Below, piece by piece: positions 13,284 to 25,510 of a stretch of 64,000 nt of DNA. Origin of the DNA: Camelus dromedarius (lineage: Eukaryota); assembly GCF_036321535.1 (NCBI RefSeq), contig NC_087437.1:35094001-35158000 (forward strand), written 5' to 3'. The translations under genes and the position numbers were made by a program. The first letter of the stretch is position 1, and every line of letters begins with the position of its first letter. Under the pieces are notes generated by a model. That model was not told the origin of the DNA. It did no database searches and worked only from the letters and a program-made list of their open reading frames with translations.

Positions 13284-14115
13284 CAGGCATATTTTGTTTT
13301 GTTGTGTGTTGCTTTACTATACTTTGCAGATATTGTGTTTTTTACAAATTGAAGGTTTGTGGCAACCCTGTGTCAAGCAAGTCTGTTGGCACCATTTTTC
13401 CAACATTTGCTCACTTTGTGTCTCTGCTTATTTTGATAATTCACAAAATATTTCAGCTTTTTCATTATTATATTTGTTAGGGTGATCTGTGATCAGTCAT
13501 CTTTGATGTTACCTTTGTAATTGTTTTGGGGCTCCACAAACTGTGCCCATATAAGATGGCAAACTGAATCACATGTTGAAATGACAACAAAGGATTTAAA
13601 TATTACATATATTATATAAACTTAGTTAAAAAAGCAACAGTAGGGTTTGAGAGGATTAATTCTAATTTTGAAACAAGTTCTATTTGTGGGTAAAATGCTG
13701 TCAAACAGCATTGCATGCTTCAGAGAATCATTTGTGAAAAAAAGTCAACAATGTGGCAAAATTTATTGTTATCTAATTTTAAGAAATTGCCACAGCCACC
13801 CTTACTTTCAGTAACCACCACCCTGATAACTCAACAGCCATCAACACTGAGGCAAGACCCTCCACCAGCAAAAAGATTACAACTTGCTGAAGGCTCAGAT
13901 GACAGTATTTTTCAGCAATAAATTATTTTTAGATCAAAGTATATACATTTTTTTAGACATAATGCTATTGGACACTTACTTGACTACAGTATAGTGTAAA
14001 CATGACTTTTATTTGCACCAGGAAACCAAAAAATTCATATGTCTTGCTTTATTGCAGTACTCACTTTATTGCAGTTGTTTGGAACCAAATCCATAATATC
14101 TTCAAGATATTCCAA
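13284..14115 (+). mobile_element. Tigger1 internal-deletion derivative (TcMar-Tigger; Tigger1a_Art-like)
   Basis: TA|CAGGCAT start; 'ttttttacaaattgaaggtttgtggcaaccctg'; transposase C-terminus KKLPQPP...[20 protein letters not shown] (ORF 13715-13921); Tigger1 3' end followed by TA. Confidence 0.92.
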
Positions 14116-15230
14116 TAAACTTAAGAATTCTTCTGCAAGAGGGAGCAAGAAGAATGGAGCAGGTGTACCCATAGAAAGCCTCAGAATCACTAGCAGGGCT
14201 AATGGAAGGTATTTCTTCCTCAAAGGAAGTTAGTAAAGACTAGAGGAGGATACTGCTACTTCAAATGAGAAGACAGCAACACAAAACTTCAAGGACATGA
14301 AAAATCAAAGAAAAATGACTCCACCAAAGGATTATAATTATCTTCCAGTAACTGATCTCAAAAACGTGAAATCTATAATTTACATGATAAAGATTTCAAA
14401 ATATCTGTTTTAAGGAAATTTAATGAGTCACAAGAAAATACACAAGACATTTCAGCAAAATCAGGAAAACAGTACGTGAATAAAATGAAAAGTTTAAAAA
14501 AGAGAGAGAACCAAACAAAAATTCTGTAGCTGAGGAATACAATGAGTGAAATGAAAAATGCAGTGGAAAGCATCAACAGCAGAATGGATCAAGCTGAAGA
14601 AAAAAAAAAATCTGAGTTAGAAGACAGGAACTTTGAAATTATTCAGTCAAAAATAAAGAAAAAAGAATGACAGAAGCCCATGTGATTTACGATACCATGA
14701 AAAAAAAGTACTTTGTGAATTATTGGAGTTCCAATAGAAGAAGAGGGAGAGAAAGGGGCAGAAAGCTTATTTAAAGAAATAATGACTGAGAACTTCTCAA
14801 ATCTGGACAGAGATTTGGATATTCAAGTTCATGAATCTCATAGGTCACCAAACTTGTAAAGATTCTTCCGAGACCCATGATTAAAGACAAATGGAGAATC
14901 TTAAAAGCAGCAAGAGAAAAGAAGCTTGAAACTTACAAAGAAACCCCCATAATGCTATCAGTGAGTTTCTCAGAATAAAGCTTACATCAGGAGAGAGTGG
15001 GATGATAATATTTAACATGCCAAAAGAAAAAACACTGCCAACCAACAATACTGTAGCTGGCAAAGTTATCCCTCAGAAATGAAGAAGAAATATGACTTTC
15101 CCAGAAAAACAAAAGCTGAGGGAGTTCAACACCACTAACAATGCCTTACAAGAAATACTGGCAGGAGTTTTTCCAGTTGAAATGTAAGGATGCTAATTAG
15201 TAACATAAAAAATGTACAACACACTTGTAA

Positions 15231-16510
15231 GCCATATGAAAGATAAACTCAAAATGGATTAAATGTAAGACCTGAAACCATAAAAATCCTAGAAGGAAAC
15301 ATAGACAATAAGCTCTTTGACATCAGTTTTAAAGATTTTTTTTTTTTTTTTTTGGATTTGTCTCCTCAGCCAAGGGCAACAAAAGCAAAAATAAACAAAT
15401 GGGACTACATCAAACTAAAAAAACTTTTGCACAGTGAAGGAAACCATCAACAAAATGATAAGGCAACCTACTGAATGGGAGAAGATACTTCTCAATGATA
15501 TATCTGGTAAGAGGTTGATATCCAAAATATATAAAGAACAATACAACTCAATATCAAAAAAAGAAACCTCATTAAAAAATGGGTAGAGAATCTGAATATT
15601 TTTCCAAAGAAGACATACAGATGACCATCAGACATGTGAAAAGATGCTCAGCATCACTAATCACCTGGGAAGTGCAAATCAAAACCACAATGAGATATCA
15701 CCTCACACCTATCAAAATAGCTATTATCAAAAAGACAGCAAATTACAAGTTTTGACAAGGATCTGGAGAAAAGGGAACCCTCATGTACTGTAGGTGTTAA
15801 TGTAAATTGGTGGAACCACTATGGGAAACTTTGGAGGTTCCTCAAAAAATTAACAATACAACTACCATGCGATCCAGCAATTCCACTCCTGAATATTATC
15901 TGAAGAAAGTGAAAACACTAATTTGAAAAGTTACATGCACTTCTGTGTTCATTGCAGCACTATTTACAATAGCCTAGACATGGAAGCAACCTAAGTGCTC
16001 ACTGATAGACAAATGGATAAAGATGTATTATATATATTTACACACACACAATGGAACATTATTCAGCCATAAAAAGGAATGAAATCTTGCCATTTGTAAC
16101 AGCATAGTTGGACGTAGCAGGTATTATGCTAAGTGAAATCAGTCGACAAAATAAGAAAGACAAATACCATATAATTTCACTAATATGTAGAATCTAAAAA
16201 ACAAAACAAACAAAACAGAAAAGACTCAAATACAGAGAACAAATTGGTGTTTGCCAGAAGGGAGAGGAGAGGGCAAAGGGGTGAAAAAGGTGAAGGGGAT
16301 TAAGAGGTACAAACTTCCACCTATAAAGTAAATAAATCATGAGGATGTAATGTACAACATAGGGAATATAGTCAATAATACTGTAATAACTGTATGGTAA
16401 CACTTGGTAACCAGATTTATCATAGTGATCACTTAAATATCAACTCACTATGTTGTACACCTGAAACTAACATAATACTGTATGTCAATTATAATTTAAT
16501 AAAAAAAAAG
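15231..16510 (+). mobile_element. LINE-1 ORF2 C-terminus + 3'UTR + poly(A), directly after the ORF1 of the host L1
   Basis: 'ccatatgaaagataaactcaaaatggattaaatgtaagacctgaaacc' through 'gtacacctgaaactaacataatac...aataaaaaaaaa'; degenerate flanking repeat aatgtacaacacacttgtaa / agtgtagaacatattggtaa. Confidence 0.9.
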
Positions 16511-18252
16511 GAAAGTGTAGAACATATTGGTAAAGATAAGCATATAATTGAATTCAGAATACTGCAATAGAGTGGTGTGTTAACCACTTAAGTCTAGTGT
16601 AAAGATTAAAGGACAAGAATATTAAAAATAACCATGGCTACCCTAGTTTGTTAACAAAAACACAATATAAAAGAGGTAATTGTGACATCAAAAACAAAAA
16701 AAGGGAGGAGTAAAAGGGTAGAGATTTTGTGTGTGATTGGAGTTAAGATGCTATCAGCTTAAAATAGACTGTTACAAGATGTTTTGTGTAAGCCTCATGG
16801 TAACCACAAAAGCAAAAACCTTTAGTAAATTCACAGAAAATAAAGAGAGGAGAATCAGAGTGTACCATTATGGAAAATCACCAATTCACAAAGGTAGACA
16901 GAAAGAGAGGAAAAAGGAAACCGGCACTACAGAACAGCCGGAAAGCAATTAATAAGATGGCATTAGTATGTCTTTAACTGTGAATAATTACTCCAAAAGT
17001 AAATGGATTGAATTCAGCAATCAAAAGGCGCAGAGTGGCTGGATGGATAAACAAATAAGACCCATCTACATACTGTCTATAAGAAGGCTTATTTCAGCCT
17101 TAAGGACATGTGTAAGCTCAAAGTGAAGTGATGGAAAAAGATATTTCATGCAAGTGGAAAACAGAAGAGAGCAGGGGTATATTATTCTCATATCAGACAA
17201 AATTGACTTTCAGCCAAAAATGGTACCGAGAGACAAAGAAGCACTCAGGCTCATTCCCAGGCAGCAATCCACACCACACAGTTCTCTCTTAATTGGGAAC
17301 CATGCTCAGGCCACATTTTACATGAACAGAATGCTCAGAATGCAACCATAGCCAAGTCAACTTTTTTCTTCTGAATCCCTTATGAAGAATATCTCCTGGA
17401 AATATTCCTGGCTCTCACACTTCGGCCATGGGAAAGCTAAGAGCTCCCCAAACTCATCTGTTTGGCCAAAGAGTGGTGTACAGAAATGGCTGCTACTGTG
17501 AGGTTGGCATATTACCACATGTGGACGACACATGTCAGTCTGTCTTTGGGACTGGGAGAGTTTCCCATATTCACCTGGAGCTTGACTCACCTTGTTGGCT
17601 TCTGTTGCCCTTTCTGTGGCATGTTTTCTGTTCTGCTAGATTGCCTTTCACTGACTGAAAAGACAGCCACTCACCACTTAGGCCTGTGCAGTCACGTAAC
17701 TCTTGGTTCTAAGTGGGAGCCCCATGTGTCCTGATGTCTCTCACCAAGTTCCGCACTTAACACTTGCCTTTGTGTTAGGAAGCATGGAGTTTTGAGTTCC
17801 TCTGAGGCATTAAAATAAGATGTTCTCATTAATAACTGGCTTTCCTGTCCTTGCTTTGCTGTCAGGAGAGAACTGGATAATAGAACCTATGATTTGTTGG
17901 ACTGGCTCTATTAAGAACTGACAGAGTGATGATTTGATTCCAGTAATGCTTTGTTCTTACTCTGTATTTTGACAGTTCCATCTAGCTGTGCCCCAGCTGG
18001 AAGTGACTCTTAGTCACTAATTCTAAACTCACTCCAAGAGTATAAAACGGTACATGTCACCTCAAATCTCACTGGAGTTACCTTTGTCTCCATAACGTAA
18101 CATAAGATTTTCAAAGTCTTTCTCAAATCATTACCAGAAGATTGAAAAGTTCCCACAATTTGCAGGTTCATTTTTTTGACTGACTGACTTGCCCTTGCAG
18201 GTGTTTCAGAGTGACTCTGCTGTTGGTTGTACAGTGATGAGTATGTTGGTTA

Positions 18253-18900
18253 ATTCATTCAACACATGTTTGTTGGGTGTCTGCTCTCTGTCATGTTCTG
18301 TTGTAGGAGTTGGGAATAGTGCAGTGAATAAAACAGAAACTTGCCCTCATTTAGTGGAGGAAGATAAGACAGAAAAACAAAGGAAATAAAGTGATTGGTT
18401 ATTTGAGCATGAGAAGTGCTCATGAGAAGGAGAAACCTGCATTGGGGCAGGAAGTATATAGGCTGCTGGTTTGGTGGAGTCAAGTAGGGAAAGCATTTCA
18501 GTTTTCAATATTGTCTGGAAAGGCCTCACTGAGAAAGTGACAATAGAACAACGGCTTGAAGGGGAGAAAGGAGTGAGCCACATGTACAATGGGGGGAAGA
18601 ACTGGGTCAGGCAGGGGGAGCAGTGAGTGCAAGGGCCCTGAGGTAGGAAATGTCTGTGACGTTCCAAAGCAGACTGATGATAACATTAGCACACAGACAC
18701 GGCACGTGCCTGACTCTGTTCTAAAGGCTTTACAGCCTTTATCTTATTTAGTCCTCTGTATTTCCCCAGACCCTGCTTATAGATGAAGAAACCAAGGTAC
18801 AGACAGCTTAAATAACTTGCCCAAGATTACTCACCTGGAAAGTGACAGAACCCAGGCTGTCTGGCTCCGGACTCTGTATGCCAAACCACTCTGCTCTGCT
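18253..18900 (-). mobile_element. L2 3' fragment followed by MIR
   Basis: 'attcattcaacacatgtttgttggg...gtgaataaaacagaaacttgccctcat'; MIR 'atagatgaagaaaccaagg...taacttgcccaagatt'. Confidence 0.65.
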
Positions 18901-19499
18901 GCCTGGTGTTGAATCCTTTGGAGACGCGGAAGGCACTACTTACCACTTTGCACTGTGTCACTTCGCTTTCAGGAGAAAATATTTTCCTAATCTTAATATT
19001 GACACTAGTCGTGCCTATCTTGAGCCACTGGTTTATTTCAATCTAATGGACACTGATCTGTGACGACTGCTGATCGTGATTTTACATTGGCCATTGAATA
19101 TTTCAAGGTCCACTCATGTCTTTTTCTTTCATACTTCATGTTGTTATATTCTGTCTATCATTATAAACTATCTTACATCCTTTTAGATAACAGGGAATAA
19201 TGGATGAATAGAAATACATTTTAACAGAAGACTCAGAATACTTAGCAGTTTGGAACCAGGAAGCAAGCAGCCCTGGCTCTGGGAAGAGCGACCCTCCAGC
19301 TCGGCCTTGCACAGCTAGGATTCCCACTTCTCCATTCCCACAGCCGTGGCCCTTCTCCTGTTGTTCATACTCAGGGTTCCCACTGGAGCTGACAGAAGGG
19401 GAAAGAAGCAGGCTTCTCTTTGAAATTCCAGCCCTGACTCCTGCAGTCCATGTGCCAGTAAGGAGCATGGCCTGAGATCAAACAATTCATACCCTGACA

Positions 19500-19660
19500 C
19501 CACCTATCTGGAGTCTCAGACCTCACATCTCCATCTATAAAATGAAGATAGAAATCGTGCCTACCTCCTAGAGTCTTGAGGATTAAGTAGGATGATGTTC
19601 ACACACAGTGCACAGCGCAGAGCTGATGCATATAAACACTATGGAAATCTTGGCTGTTAC
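19500..19660 (+). mobile_element. MIR fragment
   Basis: 'cctcacatctccatctataaaatgaagatag...cctacctcctagag'. Confidence 0.5.
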
Positions 19661-21124
19661 TAGTTACTCTTCTTTAACTAACAACAAATAAAACAAACCA
19701 CTGTCTTTAAAAACAAAAACCCAGTGCACTTGGTTGAAATCTGGCTCTCCATCTTATCCATCAAATGCCCTGTGGTGCCTCTCTGTGGTACCAATCCCTT
19801 ACATCTTGGCTCCTAAAATGGATACAGCCTATTGGAAACAAAATAAAACAAATACGAATAGTGAATAAAGCAAAAGAGCACAGCTAGTTTCTGACTAAAA
19901 GCTTCAGTCATGCTAAAGATAGAGCTTTGCAGAGATGCCATGAGTGAGAGGACAAGGTGGGGAGATGTGTCCTAGGTACCTGTGCTTTGTCAGCTGGTCC
20001 TCCTCCCCTCAAACCGTTTACAACTGCTCAAGAATACTCTAGGCTTCTTATGAAACTGGCATTGACTTTTTTAGGATTGTTTGAAGTTCAAGAAGAAAAT
20101 TATCCCACAAAAGAAGCTTAAGAAGTTCAATTAAATATATTTTAATGAATTGTGTTAGAATAACACATTTTTTTCAAAAAGCCTACAGTTCTAATAATTT
20201 TTTTCTTTTCATCCCATAAGAATGTTGAACCCTGACCTTGGAGAGGAGTGGCCTGGTACTGTGGAAAAAACATGTTCATTGAGCCCAACTCCCAGCTCTG
20301 CAGGTGAGGGCTGTAGAAAGTTCTGTCAAGGCCACAGGCTCTTCACCTGTACAATGGGAGTAACACCTACCTCACAAAGGCTATTGTGAAGATTGTGGCA
20401 TGGCTCTAGGAAAGCTCCTAGAAGGTAAATATTTAAAATAATGTTAGTCTGATTTCTTGGAGATTTTTCTTCAGTTATTTTATTTTCTGCCACATCATTA
20501 GAACTGCTTTATTATTCAAGATTTTTACATCCAGTTTATGGATTATCAAAGCCTGTTGCTAATAAGTCTGTCTCTTGCTAATTTTTAAAATTGCAGTATA
20601 ACTACCTGTCAGCCTGTCAGTTATGAGATATAACAGATGTTTCTACATCAATATTGCTGAATGCCTTGGTAAAATGGTTATATGAAAAAGTTTGAAACTA
20701 TAGTTAAAATGAAGCTTTTTAAAAAAAAATCTGTGGACAGATTTTATAAGTTGGTAGGGTTTTTTTTTCATTTTTAAGGTTTATTTTTTCCTGTTTTATT
20801 CAATTATCACAAAAATGTGAAAGTCAGAATAAAATCACTCATAATCTATTGCCTAGAAATAACCACTATTAGCTTTTAATTTTTTTCCTGTTTTATATGA
20901 CTTTTTCCAACTAGAAGTTTACCATAAGTACTCTACCGTATTGCTAACATTTAAATTACTTTCATAATGGTTATACCACAACCCATATAAACATTTTCCT
21001 AATTTAGACATCAAGGTTTTCTGAAGCTTCTCTGTAAAAAATGTCTTGGATGTAAGCCTTTGTCTGCATTCCTGATTAGTGCCGGAGGAAAATTTCCAGA
21101 AGTAAAATTTTGGGGTTAATATCA

Positions 21125-21564
21125 AGTATCTATTGCTTTGTAGCATGTCTTCCAAACTTACAACCTAGTCACTTAAAACAATAGCAATCATTCATTTGCT
21201 CACAGTTTTGCAATTTGGGGACAATTTGTCTCTGCTCCACATGATGTTAGCCGGCTGGGGTGACTTGACGGGGGCTAGAGATCCATTTCCTAGGTAACTT
21301 TCACATGACTGACAATTTGGTGATGGCTGTTGACTGGAGCCTCAGTTCTCCTCCAACGTGGGCTTTTCCAGTGGGTTCCAAGAGGGAGGAGGTGGAAACT
21401 GGCATTCCTCTTAAAGGCCAGGTCTGAAACTGGCACGGAGTCTCTCCCGCCACTCTCTCTTGGTCAGACTGGTCACAGGCCACGTTCCAGAGGGTGGTAA
21501 AATAGACTACATTTCTTTGTCAGGGAAATGACAGAGAATTCGGTGACATATTTAATCTGCCATA
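21125..21564 (-). mobile_element. MLT1-type MaLR LTR nested in an old antisense L1 fragment (about 20780-21830)
   Basis: 'cttaaaacaatagcaatcattcatttgctcacagttttgc...ggagcctcagttctcctcc...atttaatctgccata'. Confidence 0.65.
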
Positions 21565-22334
21565 GTCAAAGAGCATATTGTTGAAGGATCTTTATTCACC
21601 TCACCAAATCACTTTCTAGAAAGGTTATGCTGATATGCAGTTCTACCAGCAGTGGATGAGAATGCTCATTGTCACACTTAACCAACATTAAGTATTTAAA
21701 TTTAAAAATTTCTACTTATTCAATATGTAAAATGTGGGATATCATTGTTTTACTTTGAATTTGCTTTATTATTGATGAGCTTCCATATGTTTGGTAAAAA
21801 TTTGTATTTTTTCCTTTGTGCATTGTCTGGGCAATTTGTTTGTGTTAAACCCACAGGATTACATGAGTTGTTTATTTATTACTGACATTCAGATTGGGTC
21901 ATATTTGTTATAAACATTCCTTTCATTTGTCTCAGTTAAAAATACAAAACTGTTCCCTCTTAATTGAGAAGAAAATAGACAAAACTATTTCCTATGAAAT
22001 TCACATGATTTTCATAAGAGTTGTAGCCATACATTGGTCTCAAAATGTTGATTTCTATATTACAATAAAATATTTAGAATCTGTGTCAATTTTACTCATC
22101 TAACATGTCAGGAGGAATCTAGGAAATAACATGAGTTATTAATTATCTTTATTTTCAAGGGACTGAAACAAAAGTGATTTTAAATAATTTTATTGGGACA
22201 GAAATGGAGGAACAAAGCTGTGTCATCATCGCTTAATTTTCTCTTTATCCTTTTAGCTGTCTGGTGGGCAGGCCCCTTAACCTCTCTGACCCTCAGTTTT
22301 CTTAACTGTAAAATGGGAATAAGAGCAGATATGC

Positions 22335-22840
22335 TGTTGTCAGAGCAGACAGTTAGCTAGATATGAGCAGAGAAGGGAGGCATCAGGTACATCTTGTGGT
22401 GACAGGCATCCTAGAGGCAAACAAAGAAAGGCAGGAATCTCCAGCATCCAAATATAGCCTTTTTACTCATTATGCCCTCATTATAATAAAATTAGCATTG
22501 CAAATGAGAAGTACCCATCACGCACCAATGCCATGACAGTTCCAGGCAAGACCAAATAAGGACAAAAACTCCCCCACCCCTCAGGAAGGCGGACTGGGAC
22601 GAAAACCAGGAAAGATGACCCAAACCCCTCCCTCCCCAATGAATATTCTGCCCAGTCATTTTCACACCCCATATAACCAGCTTGCCAAAGGAATTCAGAG
22701 CATCTGCTCACCTGAGCCTGCCTGCTCTTCCTTCTGAGAGTGTACTGTTGCTTACTAAATCCTTGCTTTGCTTTTTTGTCCTCCATGTCTCCTCTCTGAA
22801 TTCTTTCTGTGATGAAACAAGAACCTACTCTCCAGTAACA
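22335..22840 (+). mobile_element. ERV1-type solo LTR (same family as 42340-42997)
   Basis: TGTT...AACA termini; TATA-like 'atataa' at about 22671; extensive similarity to the reverse complement of 42340-42997 (e.g. 'gctcacctgagcctgcctgctct'); interrupts a MIR. Confidence 0.8.
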
Positions 22841-22869
22841 TCTGTGAGGCCTGGAGAAGATGTCTTTGT

Positions 22870-23522
22870 TTTGTTTTTGTTTTTTAAATTTGCATTCTTT
22901 TTTATTGAAGTATAGTCAGTTTACAATGTTGTGTCAATTTCTGGTGAACAGCATGTTTCAGTCACACATAAACATACATATATTTGTTTTCATATTCTTT
23001 TTCAATATAGGTTACTACAAGGTATTGAATATGGTTCCCAGTGCTATATAGTATAAGCTTGTTGTTTATCTATTTTGTATATAGTAGTTAGTATCTACAA
23101 ATCTCCAACTCCCAATTTATCTCTTCCCACTCCTTTTATCCCCTGGTAACCATATATTTTTCTCTATGTCTGTGAATCAATTTCTGTTTTGTAAATATAT
23201 TCATTTGTGTGTGTGTCTCTCTCTCTCTTTTTTTTTTCAGATTCCACGTATCATGTGAGTGATATCATATGGTATTTTTCTTTCTCTTTCTGGCTTATTT
23301 CACTTAGAGTGATGATCTCCAGGTCCATCCATGTTGCTGCAAATGGCATTATTTTATTCTTTTTTATGGCTGAGTCATATTCCATTATATATGTATACCA
23401 CGTATATATCCATTTATCCAATCACCTGTCAATGGACATTTAGGTTGTTTCTATGTCTTGGCTATTGTAAATAGTGCTGCTGTGAACATTGGGGTGCATG
23501 TGTCTTTTCAAATTATAGTTTT
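22870..23522 (-). mobile_element. Young 5'-truncated LINE-1 3' end
   Basis: 'ttattgaagtatagtcagtttacaatgttgtgtcaatttctggtg' through 'gctattgtaaatagtgctgc'. Confidence 0.9.
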
Positions 23523-23629
23523 GGAGATGTTTTAAGGGGCCCAGCACAGGCAGGGCCTGGTGTGTGGTGGGCACCATTAGTATTTGCCTCTTATGTTCTG
23601 CCTCGTGAACCAAGAAAGACCTTACTGCA

Positions 23630-25510
23630 AAGAGTCAAAGCAATTCAATGGAGGAAAGATAGTCTTTTCAACAAATGGCACTGTAGCAGTTGGGCATCCA
23701 TAGGCAAAAAAATAAACTATGACCTTCTCCCCATATCTTATACAAAAATTAATCCAAAATGAATCAAATTTCAATGTAAAATGTAAACCGATAAACACTT
23801 CTAAAAGAAAGCATAGGAGAAAATCTTTTAGACCTAGGGCTAAGTAAACAGTTCTTAGAAATTACACCAAAAGCACTATCCATAAAAGGAAAAGCTGATA
23901 AATTGGACAGCATCAAAATTAAAAACTTTTGTGCTGGAAACACTATTTACAATAGCCAAGACATGGAAGCAACCTAAGTGTCCATCAACAGATGACTGGA
24001 TAAAAAGTTGTAGTGTGTGTATGTGTAAGTGTATGTATGTATGTATGTATGTATATAATGGAATATTATTCAGACATAAAAATGAAATATTGTCATTTGT
24101 AGCAACATAGATGGACCTAGAGATTATCACACGAAGTGAAGTAAGTCAGACAGAGAAAGACAAATATTACATGACATCACTTACATGTGGAATCTAAAGA
24201 AAAAAATACAAACGAACTTATTTACAGAATAGAAACAGACTCACAGACATAAAAAACAAACTTTTGGTTACCAGGAGGGATAGGGGTGAGAAGGGATAAA
24301 TTGGGAGTTTGAGATTTGCAGATACTAACTAATATATATAAAATGGATAAACATCAAGTTCATAGTGTATAGTGTAGGGAACTATATTCAATATCTTGTA
24401 GTAACTTATGGTGAAAAAGAATATGAAAATGAATATATGTTCATGTATGACTGATGCATTGTGCTGTACATCAGAAATTGACACAACATTGTAAACTGAC
24501 TATACTTCAATTATATACACACACACACACACACACACAAAGAGGAAAGAAACGGGCAAAAGACTAAGAAATATTTCACCAAAAAGGAGATACAGATGGA
24601 AAATAAACACATGAATATATTCAACATTATTAGCCGTCAGGAAAATGCAAATTAAAACGACAACAAGATATCCCACCTATAAGATGAGTTAAAAATAGTG
24701 ATAATATCAAAAGCTGGAGAGAATGCAGAAAAACTGTATTTCTCATATATCACTGATGGGAATGGCATAGCCTCTCTGGAAGATAGTATGGCAGTTTTTT
24801 TTATAAAACAGAACATGCATTTACCATAATGACCCAGCAGTGGCACTCTTGGGCATTCATCCCAGATAAAGGAAAACTGATACACACACAAACATCTATA
24901 CATGAATGTTTATAGTGGCTTTATTTGTAGTAGCTCCAAACTGGGAAAAGTCAAACTCTGATACATTCATACCATGGAGTACTACTCAGCAATAAAAAGT
25001 AATGAACTTCACACACAATAACCTGGATGGATCTCAAGGGCATTATGCTCAAGGGGAAAAAATCACTATTAAGAGGTTTATTACTTTAAAACCTTTGAAG
25101 GTCTTACATATACTTTATAATTCCATTTATATTAACATTCTCAAAATGACAAAACTATACATGGGGAACAGACTAGTGGTTGCCATGGGGCAGGGATATG
25201 GTTGGGAGGGGATGTGAATATTAACAAAGTATGAGAGGGATCCCTTGTGATGATGGAACAGATCCATATCTTGATTGTGGTGGTAGCTACCTAAGTATAT
25301 ATACATGGGATTGCACATGCATATACTGCATAGAAACATATACAAATGAGTGCATGTAAAAACTGATGAAAATTGAACACAGTCAGTAGTCTTGTTAACA
25401 GTATCATACCGATGTCAGTTTCCTGTTTTGATATTGTATTCAAGATGTCACATTGGGGGAAGCTGGGTGAAGGGTACTATATATGTTTCAAAATAAAAAG
25501 TTAAAAAAAC
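23630..25510 (+). mobile_element. Old LINE-1 (L1MC/MD-like) ORF2 end + 3'UTR, interrupted by a young L1 tail
   Basis: 'aattcaatggaggaaagatagtcttttcaacaaatgg'; resumes after 24540 with 'gggcaaaagact...'; 3'UTR resembles 2625-3185. Confidence 0.8.
23940..24540 (+). mobile_element. Young 5'-truncated LINE-1 3' end, nested
   Basis: 'cactatttacaatagccaagacatggaagcaacc' to 'gtaaactgactatacttcaat', ending in (CA)n. Confidence 0.9.

Larger units (their letters stand above)
10933..17241 (+). mobile_element. Old LINE-1 with 5'UTR, decayed ORF1, spacer and start of ORF2 (endonuclease); host to nested insertions
   Basis: 5'UTR-like GC-richer segments at 10933-11629 and 12976-13283; ORF1 remnant about 14266-15190 (MRRQQHKTS..., KDFKISVLRKFNE); ORF2 N-terminus about 16958-17241 ('gtaaatggattgaattcagcaatcaaaagg', 'atatcagacaaaattgacttt'). 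Confidence 0.8.
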
